Of a stretch of DNA of 64,000 bases, positions 18,225 to 29,070 are shown in pieces. Within the stretch, counting starts at the first letter, position 1; each line of letters opens with the position of its first letter. Under the pieces are notes generated by a model, which made no database searches, was not told the origin of the DNA, and worked only from the letters and a program-made list of their open reading frames with translations. A program made the translations under genes and the position numbers. The stretch lies in sequence record OQ718158.1; one strand, written 5' to 3'.

Positions 18225-18596
18225 ATGAGTTATCGTGAAATATTTTCGATCATTACTATTATTGTGTTTAGTTTAGGTTCTTTGATTTGGTTATTGTATT
18301 ACTTCTGTGTAACCCCAGTATATAATATGCTAAATTCAGTACGCTCTGATGTTGGTATTGTTTCTTTTATTATCTTCATGGCATATTATATGCTAAGTAT
18401 CACAGGTTTGGTTTTGGTTGTTATCTTTGACCTTGGACCGAATCAAGATGGTATGGAGGTGTGGGAATTGATAACGATGTTTGCATGTATGATACCTGCA
18501 TTTGGTGTATGTGCTGGTGTATTTTATGGGTTATGTAAAGGTGTGAACTACTTAAAAAATATCCACAATACTATTCGTAAAAAACGTATGTTATAA
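18225..18596 (+). CDS. 3-TM membrane protein, paralog family
   Basis: YYFCVTPVY similar to 17488; basic tail. Confidence 0.75.
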   Translation: MSYREIFSIITIIVFSLGSLIWLLYYFCVTPVYNMLNSVRSDVGIVSFIIFMAYYMLSITGLVLVVIFDLGPNQDGMEVWELITMFACMIPAFGVCAGVFYGLCKGVNYLKNIHNTIRKKRML

Positions 18597-18602
18597 TAAA
18601 AA

Positions 18603-18627
18603 ATCCAGTACTATAATAGTACTGGAT
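18603..18627. terminator. bidirectional terminator between convergent genes
   Basis: ATCCAGTACT-ATAAT-AGTACTGGAT hairpin. Confidence 0.75.
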
Positions 18628-18632
18628 TAATT

Positions 18633-19757
18633 TTAATTATCTAAGCCACCAATTACACTGAACTGTGTGGTAACGTCTGAACTATTATCTATGTAAGTTC
18701 TTCGACCAACATAATATAGTTGTCCTTTTGCTTGAATAAAAGTTACGGTCCCTGTATTGAATGTTATAATATCATTGTATGTAATGTCAGGTGGTAGTGC
18801 TGCTGATAATGCAGTAACAGCACTTAATGCAGCACTAGCACTACCATTTATACCAGCAGCAATACTACCAGTACCATAGAACTTATTATCTTTACCAATG
18901 AATACGTTGGCTGATGCTTGTGTAGCTGATGTTATTGCCTTACCAATTTGGAATGCGGTTCCTATGGTGTATGGTGTGCTCCTGGCTGCGTCTATGCTTT
19001 GTGTATATCCATCCCCTAGCTGACCATTAACTTTGTCACCACATGAGTATAGAGTACCATTGAGGCTGTATATGATCCCACGGTTAGAGAAGCTAACAGC
19101 TTCTGCATTAGTCCATACTGGTGCGGTGTATGAGTTTACACGACTAGCGGTAGTTCCTAGACCTAGTATACCATATGTGTTATCACCACATCCAAACCAT
19201 TGTCCAGAACTGTTTTGATAGAACACTGAACGTTCTGTTGATTCCATGCGTACAGCATCCACAGCACCACTTTTAACGAACGAAGTGGATGAGGATGTAG
19301 TACCAGTACCCAATGCACCATAAGTGTTTGTACCAATCGCATAGATTGATCCTAGTGGTGTCATAACACGTATGCAGTTATATCCCAATTGAACTTTACA
19401 TTCAAATAGGTTGTCCCATATTTCAGGAACAGCAGAAAATAAATTTGTAATTTCGAACCATGATGTTGTCGAACCAGTTAATCCTATACTGCTTTTGTTT
19501 CCTAAAATGAAAACAGTTTTGTCCTTCTTAATTATCCATGATGATAGAAAGCCTATCTCACAGCTATGAACATTTGATTCGATTTGGGTAATATAATACT
19601 TAACGGTGTTATCACCCATAAATGCCGCAGCACCAGATGCAAAAAGGTTTCCAGTTTGTTTATTTAAAATGTAGTTATTGTTTCCATATACACTAACATC
19701 ATAAGAACTTTCTTGTTTTTCGTTCCCATAATCAAATAACAATACGAAAGGTAACAT
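18633..19757 (-). CDS. RCC1/BLIP-II-like beta-propeller protein (array member 1)
   Basis: MLPFVLLFDYGN; YAIGTNTYGALGTG, FGCGDNTYGILGLG, YSCGDKVNGQLGDG repeats. Confidence 0.85.
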   Translation of the reverse strand: MLPFVLLFDYGNEKQESSYDVSVYGNNNYILNKQTGNLFASGAAAFMGDNTVKYYITQIESNVHSCEIGFLSSWIIKKDKTVFILGNKSSIGLTGSTTSWFEITNLFSAVPEIWDNLFECKVQLGYNCIRVMTPLGSIYAIGTNTYGALGTGTTSSSTSFVKSGAVDAVRMESTERSVFYQNSSGQWFGCGDNTYGILGLGTTASRVNSYTAPVWTNAEAVSFSNRGIIYSLNGTLYSCGDKVNGQLGDGYTQSIDAARSTPYTIGTAFQIGKAITSATQASANVFIGKDNKFYGTGSIAAGINGSASAALSAVTALSAALPPDITYNDIITFNTGTVTFIQAKGQLYYVGRRTYIDNSSDVTTQFSVIGGLDN

Positions 19758-19834
19758 GATAAAATCTCCTTGTGTTATACTTTATTTAATCATTTTATAA
19801 TGTACAATTTTACAGCGATTTAATTGAGGTACTC

Positions 19835-20485
19835 ATGAATAAAAGAAGTAAGTTCTATCAAGAATATTTCACTAAACAGAAACGATTCACAAAAAAATAC
19901 TTTACATCATCCCACCGACCAGTTGCAAGTTACAAACGTCCTAATACTAACTATCTTACTGGTGGCAAGTTTAGTGCAAAGTTCGAATTACTTATGCGTG
20001 AAAAGAATATCAAGATGCATTACGCAGAGACAAGAAAAAACTCATCAATTATTTGTTCTGATTTTCTTGAGTACGGTTGCTTAACTTATAAATTCAATGA
20101 TGTATATTTGTATATTGATGTTGATTGTAACAGTACTCGTATGTTTGAGATTTCAATTCACCCAAATCACAACCGTTATATAAACATTAACTTGGTTGAT
20201 AAAGTACTGATTGGTATATCTAGTACTGATGGTGGTGGATTTGAATTTATTGCTTCAAAATATGATGAAGATTTCGTACTTTACCCAGTACTTGATGATG
20301 TGAAAGATATTCTCAATTCATTAAAAGGAAGTCAATACAAATTATCTGAAGAACAGCTATTTCAGTACTCACTTATTCATGATGATATCGAGATATACTT
20401 AGAGTGTGCGAGAATCTTGGAGTATCTTTATAATGAACTAACAACAACTGGTAAAGTGACAGCATTCACATTATATAATATGTAA
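19835..20485 (+). CDS. hypothetical protein, basic N-terminus, EE.xFQxS family
   Basis: LSEEQLFQYSLIHD; GAGGT SD; inserted in opposite orientation within the array. Confidence 0.75.
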   Translation: MNKRSKFYQEYFTKQKRFTKKYFTSSHRPVASYKRPNTNYLTGGKFSAKFELLMREKNIKMHYAETRKNSSIICSDFLEYGCLTYKFNDVYLYIDVDCNSTRMFEISIHPNHNRYININLVDKVLIGISSTDGGGFEFIASKYDEDFVLYPVLDDVKDILNSLKGSQYKLSEEQLFQYSLIHDDIEIYLECARILEYLYNELTTTGKVTAFTLYNM

Positions 20486-20490
20486 AAGAA

Positions 20491-20515
20491 AAAGCCAGTA
20501 CATAGTACTGGCTTT
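20491..20515. terminator. bidirectional terminator
   Basis: AAAGCCAGTAC-ATA-GTACTGGCTTT. Confidence 0.8.
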
Positions 20516-20518
20516 ATA

Positions 20519-21652
20519 TTAAACTGGTGGAGAATTATATGGCTCAAATTTATAAGTTGTCGTAGCAGTACCAGCAATGGCGTTGTTAGCTAGTATGTAC
20601 ATAGTCCTATAGTCGATTACTACCACAGTAATACTACCACCAAAAGCATAGTCTGTTATGTTATTAGTGTTGAATGGTAAATTAGATGAACTGGTCCATG
20701 TATTAGCTGTTGTGCTATTTGTACCATTGGAATAGCCGACACTAGATGCACCAGTTGTCCATAAGTTTCCATCATTGAACAACGATACATGGTTAGCTGT
20801 ATATGATTTATTAGGTATAGAACTATCAATTGGCGTATTCCAAACTTTAGTAACCCATGTTGTGACGGCTGTATTATTAGTAACACCATTACCTAACGAA
20901 CCATTTATTGGTATACCTCTTATATAAGAAGTGTTAGTACTAGGGTCAACATATCCAAATGTATATGTATCAAATGCAAATTGAAAACAATCAGAACTCG
21001 GTAATGTGTACAGTAATGTATATGAAGACGTGATTATTGATGAATTTGTACCGTTCACGCCTTGGTATAAAATACCACTACCCAATATTTGATTATTATT
21101 TTTTGTTATAGCAGTCATAGATGGATATGTTTTTACTTCACGCACATCATTAGTTACATATGTTTGTGTTGATAATGCAACATTACTACCATTACCAATA
21201 ACACCTGTATTTGCACCGCTTCCATAAAGTGAACCATCATTCAAAAGTACCATTGTGGCATTACTATTTCCAGTAATTGTTTTAATATTACTAACATCCA
21301 CCGCAGCAAATACAGTTGATGTTAAATCAGTGAAACGTGTATAATGTGATGTTGTGCCATTGATTGGTGTCGCAAAACCAGAATACAAAATTCTATTTTC
21401 TTTGGTAATAAGGAATGTTCCAGTAACACCGTTTGAATGGATATCAATAATATTATCGCCCATTAATACCCAATCACTTACGAATGTTGTACCAGCACCC
21501 AACCCATATGTCGTATTGTATCCACGTCCATACACTCTACCATCACTGAGTAATGTTACCACACATTGACCACCACCACCAAGGATAACTTTTTGGATAG
21601 TACTCTTTACTTTTATATTCCCGTACTTAACCATTCTTGCAAAAGGTAACAT
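20519..21652 (-). CDS. RCC1/BLIP-II-like beta-propeller protein (member 2)
   Basis: MLPFARMVKYGN; GRVYGRGYNTTYGLG, GSLYGSGAN. Confidence 0.85.
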   Translation of the reverse strand: MLPFARMVKYGNIKVKSTIQKVILGGGGQCVVTLLSDGRVYGRGYNTTYGLGAGTTFVSDWVLMGDNIIDIHSNGVTGTFLITKENRILYSGFATPINGTTSHYTRFTDLTSTVFAAVDVSNIKTITGNSNATMVLLNDGSLYGSGANTGVIGNGSNVALSTQTYVTNDVREVKTYPSMTAITKNNNQILGSGILYQGVNGTNSSIITSSYTLLYTLPSSDCFQFAFDTYTFGYVDPSTNTSYIRGIPINGSLGNGVTNNTAVTTWVTKVWNTPIDSSIPNKSYTANHVSLFNDGNLWTTGASSVGYSNGTNSTTANTWTSSSNLPFNTNNITDYAFGGSITVVVIDYRTMYILANNAIAGTATTTYKFEPYNSPPV

Positions 21653-21722
21653 AATTCCCTCCTTTATTCTTTATACTATATTTAATCAAAAAGAAAAGCC
21701 AGTACTCTGTACTGGCATTATT

Positions 21723-22883
21723 TTAAATTGGTGAATCTTCAACAAATATAGTACTAGCAGTACCACCAGATACTAGGTTAGTACCACTTGAATATATTTT
21801 GTTTCCATCTGTCATATATGTTTTACCATAGCAACTTTGGATTTTAACATCTTTGAAATTCAAATCAGGAGTAATAGATTTAGTGTAAGTTAATACGTTA
21901 GTAGTTGAACCTGTACTTAATTGTCCATAGTATGAAGTCGCTGAGTTATTACCAGCAACGTATACACCTGTGTCAGTAATAACAAAGTTAGAGTAATATC
22001 CGTACCCATATCCTATATCTAATATATTTCCTTGTGGTTGATTTGCCACAACAGTTGTCAATATGTTGGTTGATGCTGCTGTATTAGTAGCAGCCTGTCC
22101 ATATGATTGGTCACCACCAGTATACACAGTAACAACAGACGTACTATTGTTTCTAGCAATACCTTGAACCATACCATTAACAGTACTTATAAATGCTATA
22201 GTACTAACAGTTGCTGGTAATCTATCTGATAATGCGAATACATTATAAAAACTCACGGTTGAAGTACTGTTAGTATCACCCTTAACTTCACCTGTGTAAT
22301 ATAGTCTACCACTTTCGGCAATAAACGAACACATGTTTATACCTGCAATAATCCTTTTCGGAACCGCACCACTTGGTATAATTGATTGTACTAAAGTAGA
22401 GAAACTGTTAGAATAAGAAGCATTCCCAAGCTGCCCTCCTGTGTTATAACCACCACTCCAAATTGTCCCATTACTCATAAGTATTGAAATGAAGTTATTC
22501 CCTAGTGATATTTCTGAAATTGTTCCTTGGGAATTAACTTGATTAATAACAGTTTGCATAGAAGTCCATGCATTAACAGATGATGTACCCATACACACAT
22601 TGTATTGTCGCCCTGTGTATTGATATGTACCATCTGATTTGTGAATCATTGTAGCATACTGACCACACCATACATCAATGACATCCGATGCAGTTACTGT
22701 CCATGATGTTCTGGTTGTATTGTCTCCTAAACCCAACTGACCACTTGAATTGGAACCACGGGTATATAATTTACCATTACTACCCAATACCATAACCCAG
22801 TTATACCCTGCAACTAATTTTTTAATGGCAGCAGGGGATGGTGCAATGTTCCCGTAATCAAACAATCTTACAAAAGGTAACAT
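21723..22883 (-). CDS. RCC1/BLIP-II-like beta-propeller protein (member 3)
   Basis: true start 22883 (MLPFVRLFDYGN, AAGGAG SD); GKLYTRGSNSSGQLGLGD. Confidence 0.88.
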   Translation of the reverse strand: MLPFVRLFDYGNIAPSPAAIKKLVAGYNWVMVLGSNGKLYTRGSNSSGQLGLGDNTTRTSWTVTASDVIDVWCGQYATMIHKSDGTYQYTGRQYNVCMGTSSVNAWTSMQTVINQVNSQGTISEISLGNNFISILMSNGTIWSGGYNTGGQLGNASYSNSFSTLVQSIIPSGAVPKRIIAGINMCSFIAESGRLYYTGEVKGDTNSTSTVSFYNVFALSDRLPATVSTIAFISTVNGMVQGIARNNSTSVVTVYTGGDQSYGQAATNTAASTNILTTVVANQPQGNILDIGYGYGYYSNFVITDTGVYVAGNNSATSYYGQLSTGSTTNVLTYTKSITPDLNFKDVKIQSCYGKTYMTDGNKIYSSGTNLVSGGTASTIFVEDSPI

Positions 22884-22896
22884 TTTTTTCTCCTTA

Positions 22897-24045
22897 TTAT
22901 ATTGATGGCATATCCAACACATATGAGTTGCTAGTAATTGATGAATATGTAGAATTTAAACCTGTACTATAAACATAATCACCTGCCCATAAGAATGTTC
23001 TATCCAATGTTGTATGTATTTCAATATCATCATATGATGATAATGATATTTGTGCTAGTGTATATGTAGTAGCATCAATGTTTGAACCAATACCCAAAGT
23101 ACCATTGTATTGTGATTGGGAGTTTTGACCAGTTGCATATATACCAGATTTGGTTATTAAATGCTGATTGTACATTGACGTACCTTTAAACAATTTAATT
23201 AAATTAGAGTTAGGTGTAGTTATTGGTGCAGGAGCAAGTATTGTTGTTGTAGTGCCACCATCACCTAATTGTCCATATCGTTGGTAACCACCAGCGTATA
23301 CCTGTTTAACTCCAGCCGTAGTTTCAATAATAAAGAATGAACCATAGCCAGTAGTATTAAAGTCTATAATTTTATTTGTACTCAAACCAACATTATATCT
23401 AGTAAATGTTGTTGCATTTGCTGAACCACCAGCATTCCCACCTACCATTTGCCCACTATAATAAAATGCTCCAGTACTGTCAGTATAAGCCATACAGTTC
23501 TCACTACCATAGATTTTTACTGGTGTACTGGGGAAACTAGAGGTTATATTCACACATGTATTATATTTTGCAGTAGTTCCAGTAATTTCACCATTGTTGT
23601 TTTGCCCAATTACCCAAACTGTGTCATCCGAACGTATAGCCATTGAGCTATAAAACGAGGATACAAATTGTTTAATAAAGGAACCAGGGAGAGAAGTAAG
23701 CATACTATTGATTTGTGCACTCACATTGGTCCATGTATTCACAACTGAATTGACACCTGCGGCTGCACCTGAACCAGAACTCCACCATGATTCATCATTC
23801 TTTTTAATCAATGTACCATTAGCAGAGCAATAAACATCAGCAACTGAACTATTAACTAATATCCATGCCCTCGCTGCTGTTGTATTACCAGTACCTAGCT
23901 GTCCTGCTGCATTACTACCCTTAGCATATAAATCTCCATTCTGCGTTAAAAGCATAGCATGTTGGTATCCAGTTGACAATTTCTTTATTTTTGGTAATGC
24001 TGGTGCTTCATTTCCATAATCAAACATTCTAACAAAAGGTAACAT
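22897..24045 (-). CDS. RCC1/BLIP-II-like beta-propeller protein (member 4)
   Basis: MLPFVRMFDYGN; GDLYAKGSNAAGQLGTG, YAGGYQRYGQLGDG. Confidence 0.88.
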   Translation of the reverse strand: MLPFVRMFDYGNEAPALPKIKKLSTGYQHAMLLTQNGDLYAKGSNAAGQLGTGNTTAARAWILVNSSVADVYCSANGTLIKKNDESWWSSGSGAAAGVNSVVNTWTNVSAQINSMLTSLPGSFIKQFVSSFYSSMAIRSDDTVWVIGQNNNGEITGTTAKYNTCVNITSSFPSTPVKIYGSENCMAYTDSTGAFYYSGQMVGGNAGGSANATTFTRYNVGLSTNKIIDFNTTGYGSFFIIETTAGVKQVYAGGYQRYGQLGDGGTTTTILAPAPITTPNSNLIKLFKGTSMYNQHLITKSGIYATGQNSQSQYNGTLGIGSNIDATTYTLAQISLSSYDDIEIHTTLDRTFLWAGDYVYSTGLNSTYSSITSNSYVLDMPSI

Positions 24046-24116
24046 AATTCCCTCCTTTATTCATTATACTATATTTAATCAAAAAGAAAAGCCAGTACTC
24101 AAGTACTGGCATTATC

Positions 24117-25295
24117 TTAAAATTGTGGTAGTTGGTATTCAGTTAATGTCCATGTACCTGTAACTGTTCCATTCGGGGACATCCCTGTGTAGTATAATTT
24201 GCCACCAGCGTATACAAATAATGCATTGTCATTAGCAGCAACCATCGAAGTTTCTGGATCAAATACTACAGAAATTGGTAATTGTGATTGAACAAATACT
24301 GACGCATTGGTAGTTGAATTGTTACCAAGTTGTCCATAGTTGTTATACCCAGTACTGAAAATACGGCTACCATTTCTATATAATATACCCCTAGTACTTT
24401 GTGAATGTAGATCTATAAATTCAAAATCGGAAACATTAGTTAATTGCAAATAAGTACTTTGTGGAGTTAGTGCTGTCTTATTCGTATTGGTTGTAACTCC
24501 ATTACCTAATTGACCGTAAAATTGTGATCCTAAACCATATAGCGGATAAGTACCATCTGAATAAAGAACTATACCCAACATCTTATTATGTGAAAGAATA
24601 TCTATTGGATATTTCCCTGTACCAAAGTCGTATCTAGTCCAAGACGTTAATGTAGCCGACGCTGCCCCAGTTAACAAAGTACCAGTGGTAGTTGTGCCAC
24701 ATCGCCACGCTGAATTATCATTCTTAATTATCCAAGTTGGACTATTAAAAAATGAACTAACCTTTTTAACATTAATATTGACCTGGGTTAATTCTGTAAG
24801 CATTGATGAACTTGAACCCAACTCATATGTGGAGTTATTACCTATTGCATAAAGAACCCCACTATTTGTTAGTACAAACAAATTACGAACATTAGGATAT
24901 ATCTCTTTAATATCATCAATATTAATACCCGAAAAATAAGAAGTACATTCCACAAAGGTAGTACTTTGTACTTCACTCGATGCACCTGTCCAGGTGTTCC
25001 ATCCTGCATAATAAAATTTATTATCATTAGTCTGTACTAAGCTATATGAAGAGTTCCTAGTGCACCAGAAATTTTTCACATTTTGCATTAATCGAACCCA
25101 TGATGTCTGTGTTGTAGTATTACCCAGTCCGAAAATACCAGCATTGTTTCCACCGATACCCCACAAATCACCGTTACTATACTGTAGCATCAATGTATTG
25201 TTGGTGAACGCTGATGGTGCTTGCATTTTAATTACATTAGCTGATGGTGCAGGTTTAATATTCCCGTACTTAACCATTCTTGCAAAAGGTAACAT
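24117..25295 (-). CDS. RCC1/BLIP-II-like beta-propeller protein (member 5)
   Basis: MLPFARMVKYGN; YGLGSQFYGQLGNG, FSTGYNNYGQLGNN. Confidence 0.88.
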   Translation of the reverse strand: MLPFARMVKYGNIKPAPSANVIKMQAPSAFTNNTLMLQYSNGDLWGIGGNNAGIFGLGNTTTQTSWVRLMQNVKNFWCTRNSSYSLVQTNDNKFYYAGWNTWTGASSEVQSTTFVECTSYFSGINIDDIKEIYPNVRNLFVLTNSGVLYAIGNNSTYELGSSSSMLTELTQVNINVKKVSSFFNSPTWIIKNDNSAWRCGTTTTGTLLTGAASATLTSWTRYDFGTGKYPIDILSHNKMLGIVLYSDGTYPLYGLGSQFYGQLGNGVTTNTNKTALTPQSTYLQLTNVSDFEFIDLHSQSTRGILYRNGSRIFSTGYNNYGQLGNNSTTNASVFVQSQLPISVVFDPETSMVAANDNALFVYAGGKLYYTGMSPNGTVTGTWTLTEYQLPQF

Positions 25296-25370
25296 ATATT
25301 TTTCCTCCTTTATTCATTATACTATATTTAATCAAAACGAAATGCCAGCACTCAAGTACTGGCATTATTG

Positions 25371-26561
25371 TTATAGTTGTCTTGGAGTATCAAGTACATA
25401 TCTATTTGTACTAGGACCACCATCATCATAAGTTCCGGTTGAATATATATTTTTCATATCAGCAGTTAGGAAAGTACGTAACGACCCTCGATATATTTTT
25501 ATTTTATCATACATAGAATATGTTATTTCTGACGGCAATGGACATGCAGTAAATTTACCAATGGTAACATTAGAACCAACACCCAATGAACCAGCATAAC
25601 TACTCGCATTTAAACCTGTTGCATATACACCAGAACTCGTAACTAGTATACTAGATTGTGCTGGGTATCCAGTATGAATTGAATACAAAGTACCGGGTGG
25701 TAAGGTTGTACTATTATTTCCTAATACTGCTCGTGCTGTACTAGACGTAGTGTTATTACCCCATGCCCCATTATTGGCGTTCCCACCCACTAGGAACTGA
25801 CGTGCTCCTGTACTTGGATTCTCCACTAAAGCACTGACTGCACCAATTGTACATACAACATATTGTAATGTTTTTGTATATGTTGTACTTGGCTGATATA
25901 AAGTATATTGATTGTATGGAGTCCATGTATCAGTAGTACTTATACCTGATGTACTACCACCAATATATAAATTATTTTGTGTATCATAAAACATTACACA
26001 GCTATTTGTTGACTGTATTCGTGCAATATCAACATTAGGCGTGACAGCTTTTACAAATGATCCATCTGTTATTTGCTGAGTACTACCAGTACCATCAGCG
26101 AATTGTCTAGCCCCACTCCAACCAGTACTCCATATTGTATTATTATCCATTAAGAAAGTAAACCAAGTAGTACCTGCATACATCTGTTTAATTGAAGTAC
26201 CTGAACTTTGTGTGTACAAATTTTCAATATATTGGTTATAACTTAAAAATGATGTAGTACTAGTTTCTAAACCAATATGACTACCATATCCACAATAAAA
26301 ATAATTTAAGTCCTTATCTTGAACTAACAAAGTTCCTTGTGTCATCCAGCAATCTTTGACATTTTCTCTAATTAATGTCCACGACCTTACTGCATTATTA
26401 TTTCCGCGACCGAACTTCCCATAACTATTATTTCCTCGTGCGTATAGTTGACCGTCAGTATAAAGTACAACCACATCAGTATCAGTTGGTATTATTTTCT
26501 TAATTAGAAGAGGTTCAGGTGTGATATTCCCATAATCAAACAATCTAACAAAAGGTAACAT
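25371..26561 (-). CDS. RCC1/BLIP-II-like beta-propeller protein (member 6)
   Basis: MLPFVRLFDYGN; GQLYARGNNSYGKFGRG. Confidence 0.88.
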   Translation of the reverse strand: MLPFVRLFDYGNITPEPLLIKKIIPTDTDVVVLYTDGQLYARGNNSYGKFGRGNNNAVRSWTLIRENVKDCWMTQGTLLVQDKDLNYFYCGYGSHIGLETSTTSFLSYNQYIENLYTQSSGTSIKQMYAGTTWFTFLMDNNTIWSTGWSGARQFADGTGSTQQITDGSFVKAVTPNVDIARIQSTNSCVMFYDTQNNLYIGGSTSGISTTDTWTPYNQYTLYQPSTTYTKTLQYVVCTIGAVSALVENPSTGARQFLVGGNANNGAWGNNTTSSTARAVLGNNSTTLPPGTLYSIHTGYPAQSSILVTSSGVYATGLNASSYAGSLGVGSNVTIGKFTACPLPSEITYSMYDKIKIYRGSLRTFLTADMKNIYSTGTYDDGGPSTNRYVLDTPRQL

Positions 26562-26631
26562 ATTTTCCTCCTTTATTCATAATACTATATTTAACCAAAA
26601 AGAAAAGCCAGTACTTGATACTGGCGTAATG

Positions 26632-27774
26632 TCAATAAGCTTCCCACGGTAAGGGTGTCTTCCTAAATCCATACCTGGTTGTGGTCGCACCATCACCAGC
26701 AATGTATCGACCGATACCACATTGGTATAACTCTGTACTACTACATATAGCACCACCAATAGTACCACTACTCCACAGAATTATATTAGAATATGTTATT
26801 GGTAAATCACTACATTTAGTATATACACCAACGGTAGCAGTCCCACTAATACCACCAAACATACTTCGGTTAGCACCAGTATAATATATACCATCTGGAC
26901 TCATAAATGCAGAGGTGTAAGTTGTACTACAATCCACTGGACTTCTTATAGTATTAAGATCGCCTGGGTATGTCCTGACACCAAAGGTGTATACATTACC
27001 ATCAGTTGTAATACCATTACCTAACTGCCCACTGTTTTGTCCACCACATGTAAGCAACAATGCAGAACCAGAAACAATTGCAGTAGCATTATACGAAGTA
27101 CCCATCGCAATAGAAGCACCAGACAATAGTTTTGGAGTAACAATAGCTGTTGTATTACCCTGGCCTAATTCACCATTGATATTTCGTCCCCATGCGTATA
27201 TAGAAGTTGTATCCAATCGACATAGTACTGAACCATAACTAAACGTATATCGCATGTCAATTACCGCATTAGGCAAATTAACCTTAGTTGCAACACTAAT
27301 AACACCACCAGTAACACCACTGTTTGCGTTCATGTTACGACCATATGCATATAAAGAACCATCTGAAGTTTTAATATGCATCATACCATCTGTACAATAC
27401 AATGCATCTATACTATCCACTGCAACCGGACCCATACTGGTAGTTATATCGGTCCACCCAAGCGTGGTAGTACTGGAAATTAAGTTATTTCCGGCGTATA
27501 GTATTCTATTATTATTAGTAACTACAACTGTATATCTGGCAGTAACACCAATTAATCGAACATCAGTATATATCTTAGACCACGCACCTAATGAATTGGT
27601 GTTTGCATCCAAAAAGCCCAACTGCCCATCTGTATTGTATCCAATACCCCATACATCACCTGCACTGTCCAATAACACTTCATGTGAAAATCCAATCTTA
27701 AAATCTTTTATTGTAGGAACTACCGGAACTGGTGCAATATTCCCGTACTTAACCATTCTAGCAAAAGGTAACAT
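26632..27774 (-). CDS. RCC1/BLIP-II-like beta-propeller protein (member 7)
   Basis: MLPFARMVKYGN; GDVWGIGYNTDGQLG, YAWGRNINGELGQG. Confidence 0.9.
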   Translation of the reverse strand: MLPFARMVKYGNIAPVPVVPTIKDFKIGFSHEVLLDSAGDVWGIGYNTDGQLGFLDANTNSLGAWSKIYTDVRLIGVTARYTVVVTNNNRILYAGNNLISSTTTLGWTDITTSMGPVAVDSIDALYCTDGMMHIKTSDGSLYAYGRNMNANSGVTGGVISVATKVNLPNAVIDMRYTFSYGSVLCRLDTTSIYAWGRNINGELGQGNTTAIVTPKLLSGASIAMGTSYNATAIVSGSALLLTCGGQNSGQLGNGITTDGNVYTFGVRTYPGDLNTIRSPVDCSTTYTSAFMSPDGIYYTGANRSMFGGISGTATVGVYTKCSDLPITYSNIILWSSGTIGGAICSSTELYQCGIGRYIAGDGATTTRYGFRKTPLPWEAY

Positions 27775-27850
27775 AATTCCCTCCTTTATTCATTATACTA
27801 TATTTAATACAAAAAAGAAAAGCCAGCACTCAAGTACTGGCATTTTAATT

Positions 27851-28999
27851 TTAACGAGGTATAACTATTTTTTTGAATAATCCAGTATTTCCTGCATTTT
27901 CTTCTTCATATGGAATTGTACCCATACCAGCAGTTCTGCCACCATTCCCTGAACCATACAGTTCTCCATTCTTAATCATGAATGTTATCATATAACCATG
28001 TGTCATTTTATCATATGGAACTGGTTCAGTTATATTATTACATGCTCGCCATGTACTAATAACACTAGAGTTCGTTATACCATCACCTGATGCGTTTCCT
28101 CGACCAGCGAAATACCATATCCCACCTGCTCTAACGTGTGCTTCATAATTAGAACCACCTATGTAATCAATCGCAGTACTAGGAATACTAGAAGCTGGTA
28201 TCTTTGTGATTGTTCTAAGACTGTTAATAGTGCCATTAGTACCATCACCCAACTGTCCATATATTTGTGAACCGAATACATATAGCCCATCACTCTTTAA
28301 TACGTAATTAGCACTATATGCATTTTCTGAATTTACCTGTAATACTCCAGTAGTAACAGTAGTCAATGTGGTGGTAGTTGTACCAGTCGAACCAATACTA
28401 GATTTATTCCCACTGTACTTTAATATTCCATTATTGTATAATACAAATGAAGCATTATCAGCGGTTACACCAATATCTTTAACATCAACTTCTGGTGTCA
28501 ATGTCAGTACTGATACTCTTTGGTCAACAGCCCCAGTAAAAACTTCACCGTTGTTATTGTAACCCATCTTATATAATTTATTATCTATTGTTAATAATAA
28601 TGTAACGCCGTTTCCTATAACTATTTTACTATATGTGTCATTCACATCATCAAAAATACCAAGTATTTCTGTCCATACACGATAAGTAGTATTAACACCA
28701 CGATAGATTTGAGCACCAGTACTCCACCATGTGCCATCATTTTTACGTACTAATATTCCATGTGTATTACCAGTAGTCCAAAATTCCTTTACATCAGTTA
28801 AACATAAAACCCACTCTTCAACTATAGTAGGAGAACTACTACCAGTACCTAATTGATAGTAAAAATTATGCCCTCTGCCATATAATCTTCCGTCTTCTAA
28901 TAAAATAAACACATTATTCTGTAAAACTTTTACCATCTTTATACCAACTGGCACAGGTGCTTCATTCCCATAATCAAACATTCTAACAAAAGGTAACAT
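27851..28999 (-). CDS. RCC1/BLIP-II-like beta-propeller protein (member 8)
   Basis: MLPFVRMFDYGN; GRLYGRGHNFYYQLGTG, YVFGSQIYGQLGDG. Confidence 0.88.
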   Translation of the reverse strand: MLPFVRMFDYGNEAPVPVGIKMVKVLQNNVFILLEDGRLYGRGHNFYYQLGTGSSSPTIVEEWVLCLTDVKEFWTTGNTHGILVRKNDGTWWSTGAQIYRGVNTTYRVWTEILGIFDDVNDTYSKIVIGNGVTLLLTIDNKLYKMGYNNNGEVFTGAVDQRVSVLTLTPEVDVKDIGVTADNASFVLYNNGILKYSGNKSSIGSTGTTTTTLTTVTTGVLQVNSENAYSANYVLKSDGLYVFGSQIYGQLGDGTNGTINSLRTITKIPASSIPSTAIDYIGGSNYEAHVRAGGIWYFAGRGNASGDGITNSSVISTWRACNNITEPVPYDKMTHGYMITFMIKNGELYGSGNGGRTAGMGTIPYEEENAGNTGLFKKIVIPR

Positions 29000-29070
29000 A
29001 TTTCCCTCCTTTATTCATTATACTATATTTAATTCAAAAAGAAAAGCCAGTATCAAGTACTGGCATTATG

